In this document: piece after piece, positions 10,671 to 22,395 of the stretch
Layout: every line of letters begins with the position of its first letter
How positions within the stretch are numbered: the stretch's first letter is position 1
Source of the DNA: Macrostomum lignano
Taxonomy: Eukaryota
NCBI GenBank assembly: GCA_002269645.1
Contig: NIVC01004263.1
Location: 1 to 52,534, forward strand
Length of the DNA stretch: 52,534 bases
Direction: 5' to 3'
Notes under the pieces: generated by a model
The model's database searches: none
Told to the model about the DNA's origin: nothing
The model's input: only the letters and a program-made list of their open reading frames with translations
Program-made: the position numbers and the translations under genes

Positions 10671-13639
10671 TCAGAAACCTTAAACAGGCCGGATTGCTAT
10701 TGTGAAGTTTTAAAGGACCCGAGTGCCGGATAGACAGGCTTTGCAGGGCTGGAGTTCGCCGACCGCTGTAGACAGTTGTAATATCGTAATTTTTTCCAGT
10801 CAGTTTGATCTGTTAAAAGCAGTTGACTCAATCTGACCTAAGAAAGAAATCATAATTTTGGCATTAATTTAGTCCATTTACCAAAAAATGAAACGTAGGG
10901 TGTTACTGTTTGTCAGGTGGTCAGTTGCTAAGGCCACAAGAGAGAGATAATTACGGAAGTTTAAATCTTCATCAATTAGCTATTGTTGCTATATATCTTC
11001 CTCTTTCAAGCTCTTTTAGTAGCTACTGAGAGTACCAATAAGACTTTTGGGTCATCAACTATATGAGTGTGGAATTCTGCCACCCTTGACTAAGTCAACT
11101 GCTCCTGAGCTGACTCTAAAAGCTGACTCTCCGCTAGCTATAATATCGCTTTTTCAGAAACGTCAATTAAGAATTGTTTCTAGTTAATTAAAGATCTCTT
11201 AAAATTTTGAATACCCCCCCCCCTGTGATCTGTGATCACTGTGATCATGTTATATAGATTATCAATAAAGGCCGAAACGTCTCTCTTTGAAGCAGGCGTC
11301 CAAGTAATATCATATCGGTCAGAACTCAATCATTGTCTGTCAAATTCGATGCAAATCTTGTTTGTCTCTAATATTGATGCATCGCATTATTGTCAGATGG
11401 CTGCTCAACACACGGAGGTTCAGTCGGAGAAGCTGCGTGCATCGGGACAGGATGGTAGTTGTCTTCTTCGAGCTATTTTCTGATCGATCTCCTCCTCCGT
11501 GGTCATCTTATGCCTGCGTACATCATCGGTCTTGACTCTCGCATGAATGAACAAAGACTTCAAAAAGTCGTGGTCAATTTCTACATGAAAAATCACATTG
11601 CAAAATCATATTTAAATACTGTAGTAGAGAAGTATATCGTATGAGAAATTTGTCGTCTCTCTCCTCGGTTTTCTCCTTGGACAAATGAAGTATCACTTTT
11701 AGTATCGCGCTTCGCCTCGGCCAATAAATACAGCCCTCACCCTCAGTCACTCTGTCAATCAAATAAATGAATCGATTGGGGTTATACCATATATTATACT
11801 TACTGCCAGGTGATAACTACAGGAATTTATTGGCAGGTGATGACCACACATATTTATTGGCGTTAAATGCTTTATCCATAGCAAGGAGTTCTATAAATCT
11901 AAAATAAGCAACCTGGAGTGGAAACAAGTTTTACCTCATGAGGCCACTCCAATGTCTATGGCTCTGTCTGACTCTGTCTATGCTAGTCTGGCCTCATGAG
12001 GTGGGACTCGTTTCCACTCCAGGTTGCTAATTATAGAACTCCTTGGCTTTATCATAGTCATTTCCTGTGTATGTCGAGTAGAAGATGCTAGTTTGGCCAT
12101 AGACATTCTAACAACCCTACGTCATGCATGTGATCTGATCTGCATGAGAAGGGGTTAAGTCTATCAAGTCCTAAACTAAAAACTAAATTGGTTTGCACAA
12201 ACCTAAAATTAATTCTGGAAAAGCTATAGCTTGCTGTCATTATTGTCATATACTTGTCGCATTTATTAAACTTTGTACAGACGTACTAGTATAAGTAGTA
12301 GTTATAATTTTCTTCTGTCTTAAAGTTCTGTACTGCTTTTTAAAACGTTAAAACGCATTTTTACTAACTTCTTTTACATTGTGCATCCAATTCGTAGATT
12401 AATACTCGTAGTTAATAAATATAATATGTACTGCTGATTGAGTGCGCCTAAACATGAAACTCTATTGCCTGATCGACATTTAATACATAATGCATATAAG
12501 CAAAGGCTTCTTACTTAATTTTTGTTTCAAGGTTTTGGTTCGTTTGCCAAGTTGAAGAAATTTAGATTTGGCGCACTTTTCCTACTCAACTGTGAGTGAG
12601 GTAGCAGCTGTGAGCTGCGATGCTGTGGAAATACGGGGGGGTATGGTTTAAGACTAACTCTTCGTCATGACTATAGTTGCTGTTGCATGTTCCGGTCGGT
12701 TGATCATGGAGAGAGAGAGAGAGAGAGAGAGAAACAGATGCTGCTTTTGAAAAGAGTCAAAAAGAAGTTGGTGCCTTTTATTACGAAAAAATTGCTTGGG
12801 GCAGAAAGTTGCGGGTGGTTCTCTGTTAGACAAGTTAAGCTTTGCTTCTTGGATGAAGTATCTACTCATCAACGACTTACCTTGGTGCGCACCTGTTTTA
12901 CAACATAGGCCTCACGTGTTTCTGTAAACTTCTACACTCTCCCCATATGCCATATATGGCAATGCTTTAGAAGCTTCTCCCGAAACTGCATCCCGGGTTT
13001 ATAAATAGAAACACCCCTCAACTGTCGCTAGTAGCATAACCAAGACTCTTACAACTACTGCTGTACGTTACTACTGCTGTCAATAATCTGGAATCTCAGC
13101 TCACTCAGCACATTCATTTACATTAAGGCCTAAACTCGCATGCTAAAGTGCTTAGCTCCATTCTGCAAGTATCTTTTTGTAAATGAATGTGCAAAAGTTA
13201 CGATTAAGCATACATTCATAGAAGTTTCTAGAATGCATGTTCACTGAATTACAAGCACCAGCACAACCCAGTTTCTATAGAAATGAAGTATTGATTTGCA
13301 AAAAAATTCAATTGCTACTGATTCTTAGTAAACGATTCAATATCCGGAATTGTTGCAAGAAAAAGAGATCGGATCAAAAGAATGTACGGAGCTAAAAAAT
13401 CCAGTTATTAGCAATGCAATCAGTTATGATATACGTGGCCATTAGCTAAGAAAAAATAAAGGCCACTAAGATTAAAACGTTTTGAGCCAAGAAACGGCTT
13501 ACATTTTCGTGTTGATGCTTCATATTTTGATGCCACTCATTTTTTCCACCTGCGGCACAGAAACCGATTGAAGTACGGCCGCGTACATGTTCATATACGA
13601 TTGTAGTACTACCTTTTCTACTATATGCTCTAAGTTCTC

Positions 13640-15400
13640 GGCTCTTACATTGGTGTCAGCGAGAACCCCGGTGCAAGTGCACTAATGGCCCAGAGCGCTT
13701 CTGCTACTGCCAAAGTTCAGTGGAACAGATCGATGGCATTGACGTGAGAAATTGGCTGTGTATCTTTGAGGAATTCGCCAACGATGCGAAATGGAATGAC
13801 GCGACCGTAGCATCGAAGGTGAAGCTTCTGCTCACGAGAGAAGCCCAATTCTAGTCGTCTGGGAGCTGGCCGAGACAAGACAAGAGTTTTAAAAGTATAC
13901 AGGAGGACCTCACAAAGTTCAATGGAGGCGAAGCGATCAAATAGCTTCAATGCCATGAACGACTTCTACGCGAGGAAACGTGGTGATGCATGAGCTCTGC
14001 TTCAACCTGAAGCACCAGAAAGCCAGACCGGATGACTCAATTGCTCAGCGAGACCGAGATGTGCGCTTCAAATAAACAGAAAGCTTAAAATCAACATTTA
14101 TTTAATATATTTCTGCCTAAATTTGCGACCCGTTTCGGTCGACATGGACCATTTTGAAGCATTGAAATTATTTTTTGCGAATGAAACTTCACTTTGCAAT
14201 AATTACCTTTTTAATTTCGTGAAGTTTTATTTGCAAAAAATTATTTCGCTGCTTCAAAATGCAACGCCTCGCGTCGCAAATTTAGGAAGAAATATATTAG
14301 CTCGTAAATAAATGTTTATTTTAAGCTTTCTGTTTATTTCACTTTTGAAGCGAAGCACCTTACCACAATTCTATTGTGCGCTTCAAAATTCTTCAGCTGT
14401 TCAAGGCCGACATTCGTGACAACCTGCTCAAGGCAGAGGACGCAGAGACCTGCAGCCTGGAGACTGCTGCAGCGGGTGGCTCGGCTTGAGGAGCTGGCTG
14501 GGCGACAGTCGGAGCCGTCGGCGCTAAATCAGTAGCAGGACCAGGCGAGGACCGCCTGGACCGACTGGAGACACGCATGGAGGAGCTCATCGCGAGGGTC
14601 GGCGTGCAGTCCGGTATTGACACTCGGCGTCGCCTTCAGCAGCGAGGAGGCGGCTGCTTCAACTGCGGCCAGCCCGAAAACCGTGCAGCGCAATGTCAGC
14701 AGCGTCAGAAACAGCTGGAACCAGATCATCTGCCACAAGTGCTCAGGGCGAGGACACAAGGCCTCTGTCTGTCCATTTTAGGCTCCGAGAAACTTCTAAG
14801 GGTTATTTTTATTCCTGGAGAGGCAAACAGCAAGCCGTGCCGCTGGCTGCTGGACACCGGAGCGCAGACCTCGCTGATCAGCGACTTTGCCTTGAGAGAG
14901 CTGCATGGTCGCTGCAAGCTGAAGCCGACAGATGTCATGCCTGTGTCTGTGGACAGCTCCGTCCTCGAGCTGCTTGGAAGAGTGAGCATTGCGGTGCGAC
15001 TCGGTCATCAGCTGCGCAGACAGATGCACGTGCTGGTGGTCTGCTGATGGCCCGGTGTCCTGTTGCTTGGTACCCACAGTGATCATCGCCAGAGTTCAGG
15101 GCGCCGTCGTCGTACCGCCAAAGTCAGTTAAAGTCGCGGACGTGACGACAGCGACCAAGCAGACACAGGGCATCTTCGAGCCGTCACAGAAGTTCATCAA
15201 CAAAATCGGAGTGCTTGGTGACATCGAAGTCTGTGTCGACTGGCGGGCGCTGAACAACCTTACAGTGAAGGACACCCACCCTCTGCGGCATTTGCACCGG
15301 GCGCTTGACTCCTTGGCTGGCTGCTCATGGTTCTCTACGATCGACATGCGCCAAGGCTTCCTTCAGGTGGAAATTGATAGCCGTCTCCTCTCTACCCTTT
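13640..15400 (+). mobile_element. Decayed Ty3/Gypsy LTR retrotransposon (LTR end, PBS, gag, protease, partial RT)
   Basis: TCTTACA + TGGTGTCAGCG PBS at 13651. Gag-like WLCIFEEFANDAKWNDATVASKVKLLL, degenerate knuckle CFNCGQPENRAAQC, protease LLDTGA, RT CVDWRALN...STIDMRQGFLQV. Contains stops and frameshifts. Confidence 0.85.
14066..14352. mobile_element. AT-rich foldback/MITE inserted in the decayed gag
   Basis: ~70-bp outer inverted arms plus ~40-bp inner inverted arms. Confidence 0.75.
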
Positions 15401-15654
15401 TTAAAAACATGTCGCCACCCCTCTAGAAGGGGATGCTCAGCTTTAGATAAAAGATACAATACGAGAGGTACAGAGAGAGAGAAAAAGAGAGAGAGAGAGA
15501 GAGAGAGAGAGGAGGGCACCTCCATTCCCCGGCACTGACACGGTAGAAAGGACTAAAGAAAGTCAATTTAGTTGAATTGCCGATATTTCGAATTAAGTAA
15601 ATTCTTTGTCAGGGCTGTAAGCGAGTAAAATTGTAAAAGATACAATATGAAAGG

Positions 15655-15720
<66 letters not shown>

Positions 15721-15995
15721 CAGATGCATGCAGCTTGTAGCTCCAGCAGCCTTGGAGCCACAGTTCCTTCGCTTCCACACTTCATTGGTGGAAAATCGCG
15801 ACAATGTAGGATGCTTCACTCCATAGCAGGCCTATCTACCAGACTGTACCTACCTTACAGGCCTGACTGTAACCAAAAAGATGTTTGCCAACTTTCTATA
15901 AAGCATCCAACGGAGAGAAATCTCGAAGTGAAAATCCCATGAATCTGCAATCATCTCTTCAGCTGATTAAAAATTTTCATTCTGCACAATCCATA

Positions 15996-17704
15996 ATAAT
16001 AATAATAATAATAGTTACGCCCCACGCCAGCCACGGGAGTGGCCAAGAGGGGGGAGCGTCAAATCGCGCGTTTCAGAGCCAGGTCTCTAATGTGCTTCAC
16101 ACCGGCCGTCTGGCTGGGTGCTCGCGCATCTTCAAAAAGGCGGTCGACGTAGCGGGCTGATCGTCCCTGACCACGCCTGCGCGGTCCCTGCGGGGTCCAC
16201 AGCAGGACGTCCTGCAGCGGCTCTGGGCAGTAGGCTTCGGCCCGGATGACATGTCCGGCAAGCCGCAGGCGCCGCTGACTCAGCAGGGCAGAAGGCCGCG
16301 TCAGGCCTGTGCGTTTGTACAGGGACTCGGTTGTCTCGCTGCCAGGGCCGCGGCGGGCGCCGAAAGCGGCGCGGACTAGGGCCGCATGCGCCGCGTCGAG
16401 CTGCGCCTCAAGCGCCCCGGTCAGCGTCCAGGTCTCAGCATTGTACAGCAGGGCGGTCTCAACAACCGCCTGGAACAGCTGGGACCTGGCGCCGTCGGAC
16501 AGGGCCTCGGAGAGCAGCACCGCCCGCACAGATCGGAAGGCAGCCCAGGCCTTGCCGCGCCGTCTCGCTAGGTCGTCACCGACGTCCGGCACCAGTCCGC
16601 CGAGGTAGACGAACTGAAGGCACTTCGGGAGCGCCGTCCCGGGGCCGTCGCCGTCTCGAAGTCGAATCTCGGCGGGTAGATCATGCGGCACCGTCAGCAC
16701 CTCGGTCTTCCTGGCGTTGATGACGAGACCGACCCTCGCCGCCGCCGCAGTCAGGCCGTCCAGCAGCCGTTGGGAGCCTTCGGCCGTGGAAGACAGCAGG
16801 GCGAGGTCGTCCGCGTAGCCAAGGACAGACAGTTTCTTCTCCGGGTGCCGTCTACTGGTGCGCCTTTGCAGCAGAAAGCCGTCCTCTGATGTCGGCAGGC
16901 CGGTCCTGAGCACCCAGTCCATCACCAGCACGAAGAGAAAGGGCGCCAGAGTGTCACCCTGTAGCACTCCGGAGGTCGTGCTAAACAGGTCCGACGGTCC
17001 GTCTGGCGTCGCTACCGCGGCGGTGGTGTCCTGATACAGCGCCATGATGGCGGAGATCAGCTGCTGCGGTACGTTGTAGGCACGGAGCACGTGAGGCAGC
17101 GCGCCGCGCGCCACCGAGTCGAAGGCCTTGAGGAAGTCAACAAAGATGACGATAAGGCTTGACTGGTGGATGCGCGCCTCCTCGATGATGCGGCGGAGGG
17201 CCAGGATCTGCGTCACCGTACCGCGATGGGGGCGGAACCCGTTCTGCTCGTACCGCAGGAACGAGTCCAGCACGGGCTGTAACCGTGCTAATAGCACCCG
17301 GTTGAACAGCTTGGCGGTACAGGACATGAGCGAGATTCCACGATGCTCCTCCTTCCGTGTAGTGCCCGGCTTCTTCGGGATGCCGACGATGTTGGCCTGG
17401 GTCCACTCGCGGGGCGCGGGGCCTCCTGCCAGGACGCAGTTCATCACGCGGGCCACCTCAGTGGCAACCCTTGTGACTCGCAGCGCCTCGACGGGGACCT
17501 CGTCCGGGCCGGGGGCGCGGCCTCCCGGAGCCCTGCGGGCGAATTCCACGACGTCGGTGCTGGTCACAGGACGGGTGTCGAAGTCCTCCTGCCGCGGCAG
17601 CGCCACCTCGGGGGGCAGCGGCATCTCGTTCGGCAGAGTCGGCGGCGGCGCGTTGACAATGGCGGCGAAGAAGGTGCGCAGCTCGTTTCTGCGCTCTTCG
17701 GCCG
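15996..17704 (-). mobile_element. 5'-truncated RTE-type non-LTR retrotransposon (RT domain)
   Basis: 521-aa ORF with RGISL...AKLF, EQNGFRP, FVDFLKAFDSV, GVLQGDTLAPFLF, YADD. Short 3' UTR and (TAT)n tail. 7-bp TSD ATCCATA at 15989-15995 and 17705-17711. No endonuclease domain present. Confidence 0.92.
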
Positions 17705-17712
17705 ATCCATAG

Positions 17713-18318
17713 AAAACTGATACGCTCGGTCATGGGTCTGTGCACGACGCCATGGCGGATACGAGTGTTTCTGAAACATGGTGGGTCGGACTGGTCGATG
17801 CGCTGAACGAGAGAGGCATTCAGAGAGACGGCTGGATTTGGATCAAGGACGGCCAGGTCACGGATGGTGGCGAATCATATTTTTATAGTGGCGAACCAAA
17901 TAATGAAGAAAACATCCAAGACTGTGTGACAGTCAGAAAGAACTCGTATAAAAAACTGAGGGACGAGACTTGCAATGAGCTAAAAAACGTTCTCTGCTAC
18001 GAGGATGCCGCTGTGGCCAACCGAATCTCTAACAAAGCGACAACTGGTAAATTCGTTCGCACGGAAATCGTCGCGTACGTTCAACCCAGCCCAGGCTGCT
18101 GGATCAAGGAACCAAGGGCTAAAACTCACCTCCGCTGCTCCCAGGCCTGCCTTGTGTTCGAGTTTGAGGACTGCATCGGATACTACTGGCACCCGGTGAG
18201 GAGGCAGTGCGTCCTGCTGCCCTACTTCGATGCCAGCCTGCCGCTCAGTGGCTCCGACTTTTCTGCCAACAACGAAGAGAAGCTGCAGTGGATGAAGTAC
18301 AAACGGATTCACGCGTGA
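17713..18318 (+). CDS. Terminal exon encoding a C-type lectin domain half plus a PAN/apple-like domain
   Basis: Acceptor ccatag|AAA, phase 0. WWVGL...WIWIKDG...GEPNN...DCV...DETC...LC is the CTLD pattern (EPN). It is followed by C...CSQAC...C.GYY...C.L. AATAAA at ~18529. Confidence 0.75.
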   Translation, partial: KTDTLGHGSVHDAMADTSVSETWWVGLVDALNERGIQRDGWIWIKDGQVTDGGESYFYSGEPNNEENIQDCVTVRKNSYKKLRDETCNELKNVLCYEDAAVANRISNKATTGKFVRTEIVAYVQPSPGCWIKEPRAKTHLRCSQACLVFEFEDCIGYYWHPVRRQCVLLPYFDASLPLSGSDFSANNEEKLQWMKYKRIHA

Positions 18319-19026
18319 ACGAACGTCATAACGAATTTAAACAATTTACAAAGCCACGAAAACAAATTAACGACATGCCGGAAATAACAACATTGAACAT
18401 TGAAACAACAAAAATTAACTCTGCTAAATTTCAATATTTGGTAAATCAACGTATAATTTTCAATACTATGCTGTTTTTAAATTTCTTAAAAAGTTTACTT
18501 CAAATCTATTTCTGTGTTATTACGAGCCAATAAAACGAAGACTTCAAGCAAGTTTTACGACTTGAGCATCAAAATTTCTGTATTTTTTGGTTTCATTCTC
18601 TGCTTCTGATGGCATAAATCAGGGTAGCTGTAGCGCACTCGCGAAACCATTGCAGTAAATTTACAGACACAAAACTGTAACAGACTGCTGTAGAAGTTTT
18701 GAGCAAGTAAACGGAATGGCATGTCGCAACAGTTTAGGTGCCCACGATGCCCAACAAGTCAGCTTGCTGGCTGCTGCATATCAATCTGTAAGGTAGATGT
18801 TCGTCTACAATCGGTGATGAATCGAGACGAAAGCGATTGAATTCGTTTGAGTCGAAAGTTCAGCACAGCGTCGCTGGACTGACGCGTCAGGCTTTTATGC
18901 ATTTGTGATTTGATTATTTAGAAGGAATAACGTACATTAAAAAGCAGCAAAGAAGTACTGTGACGTAAAAGTCAAGGATCTTAGGGCTGTGCCAAGTGGG
19001 GAGGGTGTAAAATAACATATTCAAGT

Positions 19027-19575
19027 ATCAGATGGGAAACTGATAATTCGCCTCAAGTTAACACCTGAGACTGGCTCTATCAGATTGGAAACTGATAATT
19101 AGCCTCAAGTTAACACCTGAGACTGGCTCTATCAGATTGGAAACTGATAATTAGCCTCAAGTTAACACCTGAGACTGGCTCTATCAGATTGGAAACTGAT
19201 AATTAGCCTCAAGTAAACACCTGAAACTTGCTCTATCAGATTGGAAACTGATAATTAGCCTCAAGTAAACACCTGAAACTTGCTCTATCAGATTGGAAAC
19301 TGATAATTAGCCTCAAGGTAACTCCTGAGACTGGCTCTATCAGATTGGAAACTGATAATTAGCCTCAAGTTAACACCTGAGACTGGCTCTATCAGATTGG
19401 AAACTGATAATTAGCCTCAAGTTAACACCTGAGACTGGCTCTATCAGATTGGAAACTGATAATTAGCCTCAAGTTAACACCTGAGCTGGCTCTATCAGAT
19501 TGGAAACTGATAATTAGCCTCAAGTTAACACCTGAGACTGGCTCTATCAGATTGGAAACTGATAATTAGCCTCAA
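19027..19575. repeat. 52-bp minisatellite, ~10 copies
   Basis: Unit GATTGGAAACTGATAATTAGCCTCAAGTTAACACCTGAGACTGGCTCTATCA. Confidence 0.95.
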
Positions 19576-20514
19576 ACTAAATTTTGTTGTTACTAAGAAA
19601 ATGCCCCACAAAGATGGCTTTCAAAAAGCATTGTAAACAAGGTACAGAAGCCATTTTAATACAGATTTTGTCGATGCATTGCATGGGTTGAAAAGAAGTT
19701 TTATTCTGGCGCCGATCTTAATCCGTAGAAATAACCATTAAAAGTACCCCTATTTTATTTTTTTCACGACAAAAACATATCGACTCCAGGGACAACTAAA
19801 ACTACAGTTTAGTAGTTTTAGTTGTCCCTGATATTAACTCTTGTTCCAGAACTCTCTGACTTTTTACCTTTTAAGATCGAAAAAGTGTACCAGTAATTAA
19901 GTAATTACCGCGGCAGATAAAGTTTTGGGTTTTGGGACTTCAGCAAGCTTAACCTGAGCCTGGCAACCAAATTAGACGTTGTTTATCTAAGCTACTGTAA
20001 GTAGTGCATTACGTTTGAGAAATATGTACTGCTGTTAGTACGACGTAGGTTTCTATAGCTCCATTTTTATTAAACTGTTTCTCCACCATACGGTAACTTG
20101 TGCAGCATTCGGTCAGTGACTCAGTTCCATGTTTGATCAATGAACAGCAGTAGTTTGAGCAATGAGCTCATTCTGTGTCAGATGACTCATCCAGTCACGT
20201 AGCGACTTTTCTTCTGACAGCTGCAGGACACGTTCGCGTCGAGCTGAGAAAGGAGAATTATTTTTAGAATGTACTACTAGCAATCTAGTGCCCCCCGAAG
20301 GGGGCGCCCAATAAGCAAGGAGCAAATTTTTTCATGCAACTCCATTAAAAAGCACATTTTCTTAAGAACTGATTCCTTCTTCACTTTTATAAATCATCTT
20401 ATTCGAGTATCATTGTCTCTCTCATTATCATTGAATCCCTTTTTTCTCAAAGTAACAAAAGTGCACAACAAAAAAGGCTTTCACAAAGATAACAGGCATT
20501 CCCCTTAAGTCGAA

Positions 20515-20795
20515 AGCATCCCCCAGGCAGCAAGCATCCCCCGATAGCAAGCATCCCCCAGATAGCAAGCATCCCCCAGACAGCAAGCATTCCCTAGACA
20601 GCAAGCATCCCCCAGATAGCAAGCATCAGCCGATAGCAAGCATTTCCCAGATAGCAAGCATCCCCCAGATAGCAAGCATCCCCCAGAAAGCAAGCATCCC
20701 CCAGATAGCAAGCATCAGCCGATAGCAAGCATTTCCCAGAAAGCAAGCATCCCCCAGATAGCAAGCATCCCCCAGATAGCAAGCATCCACCAGAC
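20515..20795. repeat. 18-19-bp minisatellite (AGCAAGCATCCCCCAGAT)
   Basis: About 15 tandem copies. Confidence 0.9.
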
Positions 20796-21251
20796 AACAA
20801 GTAGCTAGTGCTACAATTTCCTCAGCTAATGCAATATTCGCCTTCTCTGGTACAATAATATTCTTTTTCTAAGCTAGTGCAATAATCGATGTCTTAGCTA
20901 CCGCAAATAATTTTCTCAGCCAGTGCAATAATGCTTTTCTCATGTATTGTAATAACAACTTTCTAAGCTAGTGCAATAATCTATGTCTCAGCTAGCGCCA
21001 TAATCAGTCAGCTCACACCCAGGCTAGCCCTCATCGAATATATAAAATAAATTTTTGCACTTATAATTCATATACTTAAAAGACATGACGCCTCTTTTAT
21101 GTTTGACATGGTGCCTCTTTTATATTTGACATGGTGCCTCTTTTATGTTTGACATGGTGCCTCTTTTATGCTTTACATGACGGTTGTTATTATGTTTAGC
21201 ATTTTTGTGTCTATAAGCTTTTTTATTAAAAAAAGTATTTTACACCACAAA

Positions 21252-21300
21252 GATTCGAACCCAGGTCGCTACATTAGCAGTCTAGTCTGTTCACATCTAG
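21252..21300 (-). other. Degenerate tRNA-like/SINE-head fragment
   Basis: Minus strand ...gactgctaatgtagcgacctgggttcgaatc contains a B-box and a GCT anticodon-like loop; no full cloverleaf. Confidence 0.35.
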
Positions 21301-21462
21301 GTTATTTCTAGTTAATTGGAAAATATTAATTTTGGTCCTTATAATGTGATACGAGTACTTACACTATGTCGGCACCCGGTTAGAGTTAAAACTATGATAT
21401 AATCCATTTCTCAGTCAGCCAGAATCAATTTCAATTTTCATTCAACTTCATCCCATTTTCAT

Positions 21463-21650
21463 CCTTTGCAAAAAGCATGTTTTTCGAATATTTAATAATC
21501 CCTTTAGCATCGAGCAATTTCTTAGCCACGATGCATGTACCGTCACAGGAAAATTTCTGATCGTATGGTGCAAGTTTGAAGAAAATCGGTTGAGCCGTTT
21601 TTTCTGAAATCTATCGCATAATCATAGAGAAGACTAGCAATCAGCGGCCC
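21463..21650 (+). repeat. Dispersed repeat; related copies at ~31370-31410 and ~32440-32580
   Basis: Shared ttcgaatatttaat...tttagcat, with gcaatttcttagcca...gtaccgtcac...gaaaatttctgatcg...caagtttgaag in the two longer copies. Confidence 0.7.
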
Positions 21651-21889
21651 GTCTATGGGGAGCCAACAAAGAATGTACGAGAATACCTTTTTTAAATAAA
21701 CTACACGTAGCTTCTTACCACAGCCTTATCATCTCAGCAATTTTCTTCAAGCCTTGCCATCTCAGCAATTCTCTTCAAGCCTTGCCATCTCAGCAATTCT
21801 CTTCAAGCCTTAACATCTCAGCAATTCCCTCAGTAAGCCTTGAAATCTCCCAAGCCAAGCCTTGACATCTCAGCAATTCCCCAAAACTA

Positions 21890-22395
21890 CATGACACTTA
21901 TTTTATTTTTGACAAGATTGATATGACAATCCTTTTGTTACATGACACTTCTTTAATTTCTGATATGACACTTCTTTTGTCTCGCATAGTGCCTCTTATC
22001 TTTACATGACGCTTCGGTTATGTGTGGCAAAATGCTTCTGTCATGTCTGACATTATGATTTTTTATTTTTTTACATGATGCTTTCTTTAACTTTTATATG
22101 ATGCTTTTTTACATGACTCTTCTTGTATGTCTGACGTGATGTATTTTATTTTTAAACGATTCTTCTTTAATGTCTGGCATGACGCTTCTTTTGTATTTTA
22201 AAGGCTGCTACTTTTATGATTCACATGATAATTTTATGCTCTATATGACGTTTCCTTTATTCTGACATGACGCTTCTGATATTTTTTACATGACGCTTCT
22301 TTTATTTTTTACATGACACTTCTTGTATGGCTGACATGATACTTTTTTGTGGCTGGTATGACGCTTTCTTTTTTTCACATGAGGCTTCTTTTATG
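21890..22395. repeat. Degenerate ~23-bp satellite (CATGACGCTTCTTGTATGGCTGA); resumes at 26375-26680, short array at ~21085-21180
   Basis: The same unit lies on both sides of a ~4-kb interruption. Confidence 0.85.

Noticed and set aside
10255-10770. hAT MITE enclosing the GA tract
   Set aside because: The right end resembles a hAT TIR, but the left end is too diverged and no 8-bp TSD matches.
16309-17720. Plus-strand ORFs overlapping the LINE
   Set aside because: Antisense shadows of a GC-rich RT coding sequence.
19027-19575. 52-bp array as a CRISPR-like locus
   Set aside because: Units are near-identical over their full length with no unique spacers; eukaryotic context and no cas genes.
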